A stretch of DNA of 51,900 nt from Nemertoderma westbladi (lineage: Eukaryota > Animalia > Xenacoelomorpha), in assembly GCA_032718475.1 (NCBI GenBank), contig JAUCBJ010003399.1, positions 1 to 51,900 on the forward strand. The letters run 5' to 3'. Made by a program: the position numbers and the translations under genes. Below, one piece after another: positions 1-12,300 of this stretch. The notes beneath the pieces were generated by a model. That model was not told the origin of the DNA and did not search any database. It worked only from the letters and a program-made list of their open reading frames with translations. Each line of letters opens with the position of its first letter. Positions within the stretch are counted from its first letter, which is position 1.

Positions 1-260
1 TACACATAACTGTATTTTGTTATAATATTGCCATGAAATTGACATGAATAATATTATTATTATCTCCCAAACGTCCTGAAACGAGATAAAAACAACTGGC
101 CTCCAGCTCAAAACTCAGCTGACACGGCTTCATGGCTTTATATTATAGGAGGCCATGACTATAAGTAATAAGAACAGTTAGTACTGGTATTACAATTTAA
201 TTTAATTAATGTTTTTGTTTATGACAAAACCAAAATTTTTCTGAAGGGTTCCAGATTGCC

Positions 261-371
261 ATGGTTTACTGTACTAACGCCATTACAATGAATGGCAAAT
301 TTAGTGATATAAATTCATCAGCTTTCAGTTATGTCAGAAATATCAACGGCGATATTGTTATGCGTAGAAAG
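261..371 (+). CDS. Tentative upstream exon of the RIM-like gene (MVYCT...GDIVMRRK)
   Basis: Open frame ending AAG|GTAGGT in phase 0, matching the phase-0 acceptor at 697/698. The start is uncertain (acceptors at 254 or 328 are possible). Confidence 0.4.
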
Positions 372-3300
372 GTAGGTAAATATCCAGTTTACAGGGATAC
401 ACAACGGTCCACCAATGAAAAATTACAATAGATTTTCAGAGCTTCGGTTAACCCCTTATGGGTGAACCTTAACTGGGTTTATCCTTACTTATAAGATCAG
501 TCAATAATATCACATTATAATATTAAGGGGGGGGGGGGGGGGGGGGGTGGGGGGGGGGGTTTAATACCCCTACCCCCCCCCCCCCCCCTCCAATAAACCA
601 TGATAATACTATGAGGATAATACTATATTTCTCAAACTATGGCAACCGTGAGACACAACGTGAACATCTAATAATGTTTGCGTTTGTTACATTGCAGTTG
701 TCTCCAACGCGGAGTCTAATTCTTCACCAACGATTTGAAGACGAGGCAAAACACATTGGTTTTGGTTTAACGGTTGTTGTTCGTCGTCAAGGTGACCGAA
801 TGATAGCCAATGGTAACCGATGTTATTAAGAATAGTCCGGCATACACAGAGGGTCGTATCCGGGCAGGTTAGTCATTATTAAATCAAAGTTATAGGCTTA
901 CCGGTTCTACTGGTCCGGTACACGGTACATCAGTATTAGTATAAGTACTGGCCCGGTACACGGTGCATCAGTATTAGTATAAGTACTGGCCCGGTACACG
1001 GTACATCAGTATCAGTTCATTAAAGATAATCAATCATGTTAGAGGTTAGTTCCATTATATGCTACGCAGAATGTTCCATATGCCTCCATAAGAAAATTAA
1101 TTATGTACTCCATAATTATTATTATTAAGGAATCTCATTCCCAAAACCCAGTAACCCACCCCTTAAAGTAGGTTAGTCACAGACACAGAGCTATCGCCGG
1201 TAGCCGGTAGGGTTAGCCTGTTGACAATGGATGGCAACCTGTTGTTTTGAACAGACACAGTTACTGCAGTAATTCCGGCACTATTTTGATTATTCTCTGT
1301 AGTGCTAATTTGGTTTGTTGGATAATATCCGCAGTACATCGAAAATATATTAAATAATTTTTATTTTTACATTAACGGTGATCCTATGTCTATGTCTATG
1401 TTTTTTTTCATTACAGAACTTCTGTAGACACTTATTATTTCTCTCTTTTGCTTTTCGAAGGGGATGAAATAGTGGAATGGGATGGAATCCTGTTGCAAAA
1501 CAAAACGAACGAAGAAGTACGTCGTCTTATATGGAACACTGGCAGAACAGTGCAATGCAAAGTTAGTATACAAGAGAGAACAGTGCAATGCAAAGTTGGT
1601 ATACAAGACAGAACAGAGCAATCTAAAGTTAGTATAAATGAAACAGAACGAGGGAATGCTATGCAAAGTTAGTTTAAAAAGTCTCAAGAACAATGCACTC
1701 TAAAGTTAGTATAAAAAGTCTCAGTACAATGCACTCTAAAGTTAGTATAAAAAGTCTCAGAACAATACACTCTAAAGTTAGTATAAAAAGTCTCAGAACA
1801 ATGAACTCTAAAGTTAGTATAAAAAGTCTCAGAACAATACACTCTAAAGTTAGTATAAAAAGTCTCAGAACAATGCACTCTAAAGTTAGTATAAAAAGTC
1901 TCAGAACAATACACCCAAAAGTTAGTATAAAAAGTCTCAGAACAATGCACTCTAAAGTTAGTATAAAAAGTCTCAGAACAATACACTCTAAAGTTAGTAT
2001 AAAAAGTCTCAAAACAATGCACTCAAAAGTTAGTATAAAAAGTCTCAGAACAATACACTCTAAAGTTAGTATAAAAAGTCTCCGAACAATACACTCTAAA
2101 GTTAGTATAAAAAGTCTCAGAACAATGCACTCTAAAGTTAGTATAAAAAGTCTCCGAACAATACACTCTAAAGTTAGTATAAAAAGTCTCAGAACAATGC
2201 ACTCTAAAGTTAGTATAAAAAGTCTCAGAACAATGAACTCTAAAGTTAGTATAAAAAGTCTCAGAACAATGCACTCTAAAGTTAGTATAAAAAGTCTCAG
2301 AACAATGCACTCTAAAGTTAGTATAAAAAGTCTCAGTACAATGCACTCTAAAGTTAGTATAAAAAGTCTCAGAACAATACACTCTAAAGTTAGTATAAAA
2401 AGTCTCAGAACAATGAACTCTAAAGTTAGTATAAAAAGTCTCAGAACAATACACTCTAAAGTTAGTATAAAAAGTCTCAGAACAATGCACTCTAAAGTTA
2501 GTATAAAAAGTCTCAGAACAATACACTCTAAAGTTAGTATAAAAAGTCTCCGAACAATACACTCTAAAGTTAGTATAAAAAGTCTCAGAACAATGCACTC
2601 TAAAGTTAGTATAAAAAGTCTCAGAACAATGAACTCTAAAGTTAGTATAAAAAGTCTCAGAACAATGCACTCTAAAGTTAGTATAAAAAGTCTCAGAACA
2701 ATACACTCTAAAGTTAGTATAAAAAGTCTCAGAACAATGCACTCTAAAGTTAGTATAAAAAGTCTCAGAACAATGAACTCTAAAGTTAGTATAAAAAGTC
2801 TCAGAACAATACACTCTAAAGTTAGTATAAAAAGTCTCAAAACAATGCACTCTAAAGTTAGTATAAAAAGTCTCAGAACAATACACTCTAAAGTTAGTAT
2901 AAAAAGTCTCCGAACAATACACTCTAAAGTTAGTATAAAAAGTCTCAGTACAATGCACTCTAAAGTTAGTATAAAAAGTCTCAGAACAATACACTCTAAA
3001 GTTAGTATAAAAAGTCTCAGAACAATGAACTCTAAAGTTAGTATAAAAAGTCTCAGAACAATACACTCTAAAGTTAGTATAAAAAGTCTCAGAACAATGC
3101 ACTCTAAAGTTAGTATAAAAAGTCTCAGAACAATACACTCTAAAGTTAGTATAAAAAGTCTCAGAACAATGCACTCTAAAGTTAGTATAAAAAGTCTCAG
3201 AACAATACACTCTAAAGTTAGTATAAAAAGTCTCAAAACAATGCACTCTAAAGTTAGTATAAAAAGTCTCAGAACAATACACTCTAAAGTTAGTATAAAA

Positions 3301-6300
3301 AGTCTCCGAACAATACACTCTAAAGTTAGTATAAAAAGTCTCAGAACAATGCACTCTAAAGTTAGTATAAAAAGTCTCCGAACAATACACTCTAAAGTTA
3401 GTATAAAAAGTCTCAGAACAATGCACTCTAAAGTTAGTATAAAAAGTCTCAGAACAATGCACTCTAAAGTTAGTATAAAAAGTCTCAGAACAATGCACTC
3501 TAAAGTTAGTATAAAAAGTCTCAGAACAATGAACTCTAAAGTTAGTATAAAAAGTCTCAGAACAATGCACTCTAAAGTTAGTATAAAAAGTCTCAGAACA
3601 ATGCACTCTAAAGTTAGTATAAAAAGTCTCAGAACAATACACTCTAAAGTTAGTATAAAAAGTCTCAGAACAATGCACTCTAAAGTTAGTATAAAAAGTC
3701 TCAGAACAATGCACTATAAAGTTAGTATAAAAAGTCTCCGAACAATACACTCTAAAGTTAGTATAAAAAGTCTCAGAACAATGCACTCTAAAGTTAGTAT
3801 AAAAAGTCTCAGAACAATGCACTCTAAAGTTAGTATAAAAAGTCTCAGAACAATGCACTCTAAAGTTAGTATAAAAAGTCTCAGAACAATGAACTCTAAA
3901 GTTAGTATAAAAAGTCTCAGAACAATGCACTCTAAAGTTAGTATAAAAAGTCTCAGAACAATGCACTCTAAAGTTAGTATAAAAAGTCTCAGAACAATAC
4001 ACTCTAAAGTTAGTATAAAAAGTCTCAGAACAATGCACTCTAAAGTTAGTATAAAAAGTCTCAGAACAATGCACTATAAAGTTAGTATAAAAAGTCTCAG
4101 AACAATGCACTCTAAAGTTAGTATAGAAAGTCTCAGAACAATGCACTCTAAAGTTAGTATAAAAAGTCTCAGAACAATGCACTCTAAAGTTAGTATAAAA
4201 AGTCTCAGAACAATGCACTCTAAAGTTAGTATAAAAAGTCTCAGAACAATGCACTCTAAAGTTAGTATAAAAAGTCTCAGAACAATTAATTAATTAATTA
4301 ATGTTGTATATTCATACATAATATATCTATATATATATATTAGTACCGCACAGTAATGTAATGTAAATCTAAATTGTAGTAATGTAAAGTAAATTTAAGT
4401 AATTAACTAATATGTAAGTAGCACACAAAAAAACAAGGAAAAACACAAATAAGTATTGAGACACTAGAAAATATCTAGAACGACGATACATATTTCAAAA
4501 TTTCAATTAGTTCTTCAGATGAGAAATCTGGTACTGTAGTCTCATCGAAATAGCAATCAATAATTTCTTTACACAATTTAACTCGCCAGTAACTATCAGG
4601 TGGAGAAGGCACATATCGTAAATTAGAAAGGTCACCTACTGATATTTTACGTAGATCATTTATACCACACTCATTCCCTATGTTACGCAAGTTCGCACCA
4701 CTTCTACATCTACAATCATAAAATACTAAATTTGCCAGAAATCTTATACACAATTTATCAGAAGTCAAAACACTAGTTGCAAATTTAACTAAACGTTTAC
4801 TGAGCATAACCTTAGGGTGGGGAAAATTAACAATATCTTCTACTATGAACCTATGGCTGTTATACGGTAGATGATAAATGTAGCGCACATTCGTATTCCA
4901 AGCGGTGTATATTCTACGGCATTCATCAGAAGCCAAATCCCAAACTGGGCTTCCATAAAAACTTGTCGCATAAATACGTTGAATGTTAGACAAGCACCGC
5001 GGGTGAGCGAATGAAAATTCCTGCCTTAAATTTGCCAATTTTCCTATAAATGCACCTCTCTTAAGCTGTATATCTATATTGACATTACACGTAAAATTAA
5101 GCAGAATTCCTAAATGTAGCCCTTTCTCAACCCATGGTAGTGTAACGTTATTTACTGAAATATTCACACTAGGCGGCTTCCATGTGTTCTGGAACGGGAT
5201 ACATTTAGTTTTACTTTTTTTCGGATCAATATCAGTACTAATCTGTAATTTATACTCTTTACAAAAATCTTTGCAAATATTAATCATGTATTGTAGGCCA
5301 ATTACGGACGGGCACAATAGAAACATATCGTCCGCAAAGGACGGACAACCATAAAACTGAGCACCAATATAACAACCTATTTTTGCCTGTCTGAGCCGTG
5401 AAATCAGCACATTTAAAACAACACAGAACAGGACCGGTGAAATAACCGACCCTTGCCTAACTCCATTAGTAATAGAAAAATCAAATGACAAAACGTTATT
5501 CCATCTCACTGCACACATTTGTGTTCTATAAATAAACAACAAACACCTAAGATATAAGGGAGAAAAACCTTTTTTGATCAGCTCAAGGAAAAGCTTTCTC
5601 CATTCAACCAAATCAAAAGCTTTGGTGAAGTCCAAAAAACAACCATAGACTGGTGTTGACTTTCGCATATAGTGATTAATGACCTCCGTTGCTGTCCACG
5701 AGCACATTACTATGCTCGATTTCTCACGGAAACCAAACTGCAAGTGGCCTAAATCCAGTTTTTCTCCCTCAGATATCAGCAGCACCTACTCAAATACTTT
5801 AAGTAACAATGACGCTATTGCGATGGCCCTATAATTAGTAATAGCTGTAATATCTCCTGAATTGTTTTTCACAATAGGTACCATGGATATTGACAATAAA
5901 CATTTCGAAATAACACCGTGTACCAGAAAAGCATTGAACAGTTTTGCTATTAATGTTTCTAATGCAGGTCCGCCATAAATCAAACAGCCTGAATCAAATC
6001 CGTATATAACGTCACTTTTACCACTCTTTAAATGCTGAGTACCAGTTAAATAACTGGGAGCAAATCTTGGGATAGGAGTAGCGCCCACCCCTACCCTCGG
6101 GTAGCAGCTATCGAAAGAGGAGCCTTCGGGTCGCCTCCGGCTTCGGCCGACTGTTTGCTTTTTTTTGAAATGCTGCAATGCACTCTAAAGTTAGTATAAA
6201 AAGTCTCAGAACAATACACTCTAAAGTTAGTATAAAAAGTCTCAGAACAATGCACTCTAAAGTTAGTATAAAAAGTCTCAGAACAATGCACTCTAAAGTT

Positions 6301-9300
6301 AGTATAAAAAGTCTCAGAACAATGCACTCTAAAGTTAGTATAAAAAGTCTCAGAACAATTAATTAATTAATTAATGTTGTATATTCATACATAATATATC
6401 ATATATATATATATTAGTACCGCACAGTAATGTAATGTAAATCTAAATTTTAGTAATGTAAAGTAAATTTAAGTAATTAACTAATATGTAAGTAGCACAC
6501 AAAAAAAGAAAAACACAAATAAGTATTGAGACACTAGAAAATATCTAGAATGACGATACATATTTCAAAATTTCAATTAGTTCTTCAGATGAGAAATCTG
6601 GTACTGTAGTCTCATCGAAATAGCAATCAATAATTTCTTTACACAATTTAACTCGCCAGTAACTATCAGGTGGAGAAGGCACATATCGTAAATTAGAAAG
6701 GTCACCTACTGATATTTTACGTAGATCATTTATACCACACTCATTCCCTATGTTACGCAAGTTCGCACCACTTCTACATCTACAATCATAAAATACTAAA
6801 TTTGCTAGAAATCTTATACACAATTTATCAGAAGTCAAAACACTAGTTGCAAATTTAACTAAACGTTTACTGAGCATAACCTTAGGGTGGGGAAAATTAA
6901 CAATATCTTCTACTATGAACCTATGGCTGTTATACGGTAGATGATAAATGTAGCGCACATTCGTATTCCAAGCGGTGTATATTCTACGGCATTCATCAGA
7001 AGCCAAATCCCAAACTGGGCTTCCATAAAAACTTGTCGCATAAATACGTTGAATGTTAGACAAGCACCGCGGGTGAGCGAATGAAAATTCCTGCCTTAAA
7101 TTTGCCAATTTTCCTATAAATGCACCTCTCTTAAGCTGTATATCTATATTGACATTACACGTAAAATTAAGCAGAATTCCTAAATGTAGCCCTTTCTCAA
7201 CCCATGGTAGTGTAACGTTATTTACTGAAATATTCACACTAGGCGGCTTCCATGTGTTCTGGAACGGGATACATTTAGTTTTACTTTTTTTCGGATCAAT
7301 ATCAGTACTAATCTGTAATTTATACTCTTTACAAAAATCTTTGCAAATATTAATCATGTATTGTAGGCCAATTACGGACGGGCACAATAGAAACATATCG
7401 TCCGCAAAGGACGGACAACCATAAAACTGAGCACCAATATAACAACCTATTTTTGCCTGTCTGAGCCGTGAAATCAGCACATTTAAAACAACACAGAACA
7501 GGACCGGTGAAATAACCGACCCTTGCCTAACTCCATTAGTAATAGAAAAATCAAATGACAAAACGTTATTCCATCTCACTGCACACATTTGTGTTCTATA
7601 AATAAACAACAAACACCTAAGATATAAGGGAGAAAAACCTTTTTTGATCAGCTCAAGGAAAACCTTTCTCCATTCAACCAAATCAAAAGCTTTGGTGAAG
7701 TCCAAAAAACAACCATAGACTGGTGTTGACTTTCGCATATAGTGATTAATGACCTCCGTTGCTGTCCACGAGCACATTACTATGCTCGATTTCTCACGGA
7801 AACCAAACTGCAAGTGGCCTAAATCCAGTTTTTCTCCCTCAGATATCAGCAGCACCTACTCAAATACTTTAAGTAACAATGACGCTATTGCGATGGCCCT
7901 ATAATTAGTAATAGCTGTAATATCTCCTGAATTGTTTTTCACAATAGGTACCATGGATATTGACAATAAACATTTCGAAATAACACCGTGTACCAGAAAA
8001 GCATTGAACAGTTTTGCTATTAATGTTTCTAATGCAGGTCCGCCATAAATCAAACAGCCTGAATCAAATCCGTATATGACGTCACTTTTACCACTCTTTA
8101 AATGCTGAGTACCAGTTAAATAACTGGGAGCAAATCTTGGGATAGGAGTAGCGCCCACCCCTACCCTCGGGTAGCAGCTATCGAAAGAGGAGCCTTCGGG
8201 TCGCCTCCGGCTTCGGCCGACTGTTTGCTTTTTTTTGAAATGCTGCAATGCACTCTAAAGTTAGTATAAAAAGTCTCACAACAATACACTCTAAAGTTAG
8301 TATAAAAAGTCTCAGAACAATGCACTCTAAAGTTAGTATAAAAAGTCTCAGAACAATGAACTCTAAAGTTAGTATAAAAAGTCTTAGAACAATGCACTCT
8401 AAAGTTAGTATAAAAAGTTTCAGAACAATGCACTCTAAAGTTAGTATAAAAAGTCTTAGAACAATACACTCTAAAGTTAGTATAGAAAGTCTCAGAACAA
8501 TGCACTCTAAAGTTAGTATAAAAAGTCTCAAAACAATGAACTCTAAAGTTAGTATAAAAAGTCTTAGAACAATGCACTCTAAAGTTAGTATAAAAAGTCT
8601 CAGAACAATGCACTCTAAAGTTAGTATAAAAAGTCTTAGAACAATGCACTCTAAAGTTAGTATAGAAAGTCTCAGAACAATGCACTCTAAAGTTAGTATA
8701 AAAAGTCTCAGAACAATGCACTCTAAAGTTAGTATAAAAAGTCTCAGAACAATGAACTCTAAAGTTAGTATAAAAAGTCTTAGAACAATGCACTCTAAAG
8801 TTAGTATAAAAAGTCTTAGAACAATGCACTCTAAAGTTAGTATAGAAAGTCTCAGAACAATGCACTCTAAAGTTAGTATAAAAAGTCTCAGAACAATGAA
8901 CTCTAAAGTTAGTATAAAAAGTCTGAACAATGTACTCTAAAGTTAGTATAAAAAGTCTGAACAATGCACTCTAAAGTTAGTATAAAAAGTCTTAGAACAA
9001 TGCACTCTAAAGTTAGTATAGAAAGTCTCAGAACAATGCACTCTAAAGTTAGTATAAAAAGTCTCAGAACAATGCACTCTAAAGTTAGTATAAAAAGTCT
9101 CAAGAACAATGCACTCTAAAGTTAGTATAAAAAGTCTCAGAACAATGCACTCTAAAGTTAGTATAAAAAGTCTCAGAACAATGCACTCTAAAGTTAGTAT
9201 AAAAAGTCTCAAGAACAATGCACTCTAAAGTTAGTATAAAAAGTCTCAGAACAATGCACTCCAAAGTTAGTATAAAAAGCCTCAGAACAATGAACTCTAA

Positions 9301-12300
9301 AGTTAGTATAAAAAGTCTCAAGAACAATGCACTCTAAAGTTAGTATAAAAAGTCTCAGAACAATGCACTCTAAAGTTAGTATAAAAAGTCTCAGAACAAT
9401 GCACTCTAAAGTTAGTATAAAAAGTCTCAAGAACAATGCACTCTAAAGTTAGTATAAAAAGTCTCAGAACAATGCACTCTAAAGTTAGTATAAAAAGTCT
9501 CAAGAACAATGCACTCTAAAGTTAGTATAAAAAGTCTCAGAACAATGCACTCTAAAGTTAGTATAAAAAGTCTCAGAACAATGCACTCTAAAGTTAGTAT
9601 AAAAAGTCTCAAGAACAATGCACTCTAAAGTTAGTATAAAAAGTCTCAGAACAATGCACTCCAAAGTTAGTATAAAAAGCCTCAGAACAATGAACTCTAA
9701 AGTTAGTATAAAAAGTCTGAACAATGTACTCTAAAATTATTATAAAAATTCTCAGAACAATACACTCTAAAGTTAGTATAAAAAATCTCAGAACAATGCA
9801 CTCTAAAGTTAGTATAAAAAGTCTCAGTACAATGCACTCTAAAGTTAGTATAAAAAGTCTCAGAACAATACACTCTAAAGTTTGTATAAAAAGTCTTAGA
9901 ACAATGCACTCTAAAGTTAGTATAACAAGTCTCAGAAAGATGCACTCTAAAGTTAGTATAGAAAGTCTCAGAACAATGCACTCTAAAGTTAGTATAAAAA
10001 GTCTCAGAACAATGCACTCTAAAGTTAGTATAAAAAGTCTCAAGAACAATGCACTCTAAAGTTAGTATAAAAAGTCTCAGTACAATGCTCTCTAAAGTTA
10101 GTATAAAAAGTCTCAGAACAATACACTCTAAAGTTTGTATAAAAAGTCTTAGAACAATGCACTCTAAAGTTAGTATAAAAAGTCTCAGAACAATGCACTC
10201 TAAAGTTAGTATAAAAAGTCTCAGAACAATGCACTCTAAAGTTAGTATAAAAATTCTCAGAACAATACACTCTAAAGTTAGTATAAAAAATCTCAGAACA
10301 ATGCACTCTAAAGTTAGTATAAATAGTCTCAGTACAATGCACTCTAAAGTTAGTATAAAAAGTCTCAGAACAATACACTCTAAAGTTTGTATAAAAAGTC
10401 TTAGAACAATGCACTCTAAAGTTAGTATAAAAAGTCTCAGAACAATGCACTCTAAAGTTAGTATAGAAAGTCTCAGAACAATGCACTCTAAAGTTAGTAT
10501 AAAAAGTCTTAGAACAATGCACTCCAAAGTTAGTATAAAAAGCCTCAGAACAATGAACTCTAAAGTTAGTATAAAAAGTCTGAACAATGTACTCTAAAGT
10601 TAGTATAAAAAGTCTCAGAACAATGCACTCTAAAGTTAGTATAAAAAATCTCAGAACAATGAACTCTAAAGTTAGTATAAAAAGTCTGAACAATGTACTC
10701 TAAAATTATTATAAAAATTCTCAGAACAATGCACTCTAAAGTTAGTATAAAAAATCTCAGAACAATGAACTCTAAAGTTAGTATAAAAAGTCTGAACAAT
10801 GTACTCTAAAATTATTATAAAAAATCTCAGAACAATGAACTCTAAAGTTAGTATAAAAAGTCTGAACAATGTACTCTAAAGTTAGTATAAAAAGTCTCAG
10901 AACAATGCACTCTAAAGTTAGTATAAAAAATCTCAGAACAATGAACTCTAAAGTTAGTATAAAAAGTCTGAACAATGTACTCTAAAATTATTATAAAAAT
11001 TCTCAGAACAATGCACTCTAAAGTTAGTATAAAAAATCTCAGAACAATGAACTCTAAAGTTAGTATAAAAAGTCTGAACAATGTACTCTAAAATTATTAT
11101 AAAAATTCTCAGAACAATACACTCTAAAGTTAGTATAAAAAGTCTCAGAACAATGCACTCTAAAGTTAGTATAGAAAGTCTCAGAACAATACACTCCAAA
11201 GTTAGTATAAAAAGCCTCAGAACAATGAACTCTAAAGTTAGTATAAAAAGTCTGAACAATGTACTCTAAAATTATTATAAAAATTCTCAGAACAATGCAC
11301 TCTAAAGTTAGTATAAAAAGTCTCAGAACAATGCACTCTAAAGTTAGTATAAAAAGTCTCAGAACAATGCACTATAAAGTTAGTATAAAAAGTCTCAGAA
11401 CAATACACTCTAAAGTTAGTATAAAAGTCTCAGAACAATGCACTCTAAAGTTAGTATAAAAAGTCTCAGAACAATGCACTCTAAAGTTAGTATAAAAAGT
11501 CTCAGATAATACACTCTAAAGTTAGTATAAAAAGTCTCAGAACAATGCACTCTAAAGTTAGTATAAAAAGTCTCAGAACAATGCACACTAAAGTTTGTAT
11601 AAAAAGTCTCAGAACAATACACTATAAAGTCAGTATAAAAAGTCTCAGAACAATGCACTCTAAAGTTAGTATAAAAAGTCTCAGAACAATGCACTCTAAA
11701 GTTAGTATAAAAAGTCTCAAAACAATGCACTCTAAAGTTAGTATAAAAAGTCTCAGAACAATGCACTCTAAAGTTAGTATAAAAAGTCTCAGAACAATGC
11801 ACTCTAAAGTTAGTATAAAAAGTCTCAGAACAATGCACTCTAAAGTTAGTATAAAAAGTCTCAGAACAATGCACTCTAAAGTTAGTATAAAAAGTCTCAG
11901 AACAATGCACTCTAAAGTTAGTATAAAAAGTCTCAGAACAATGCACTCTAAAGTTAGTATAAAAAGTCTCAGAACAATGCACTCTAAAGTTAGTATAAAA
12001 AGTCTCAGAACAATGCACTCTAAAGTTAGTATAAAAAGTCTCAGAACAATGCACTCTAAAGTTAGTATAGAAAGTCTCAGAACAATGCACTCTAAAGTTA
12101 GTATAAACAGTCTCAGAACAATGCACTCTAAAGTTAGTATAAAAAGTCTCAGAACAATGCACTCTAAAGTTAGTATAGAAAGTCTCAGAACAATGCACTC
12201 TAAAGTTAGTATAAAAAGTCTCAGAACAATGCACTCTAAAGTTAGTATAAAAAGTCTCAGAACAATGAACTCTAAAGTTAGTATAAAAAGTCTGAACAAT

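Larger units (their letters stand above)
4287..6175 (-). mobile_element. 5'-truncated non-LTR retrotransposon (RT domain; RTE-X-like), copy 1
   Basis: NYRAIAI, LQFGF, LDFTKAFD, NGVRQGSVISP and FADD motifs; in-frame TAG at 5786-5788; (TAAT)n 3' tail at 4287; inserted in a satellite unit with CAAT duplicated. Clade call is from motif memory. Confidence 0.9.
6360..8245 (-). mobile_element. 5'-truncated non-LTR retrotransposon, copy 2 (near-identical tandem duplicate)
   Basis: Offset about 2070 bp from copy 1; same stop, same SINE, same junctions; few substitutions. Confidence 0.9.

Noticed and set aside
528-590. G-run and C-run palindrome (G-quadruplex or hairpin)
   Set aside because: Low-complexity homopolymers are common in this window and error-prone; there is no supporting context.
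5786-5788. Programmed stop-codon readthrough in the RT ORF
   Set aside because: The TAG lies mid-domain where a sense codon (probably TGG) is expected, in a 5'-truncated copy; its presence in both copies is explained by duplication.
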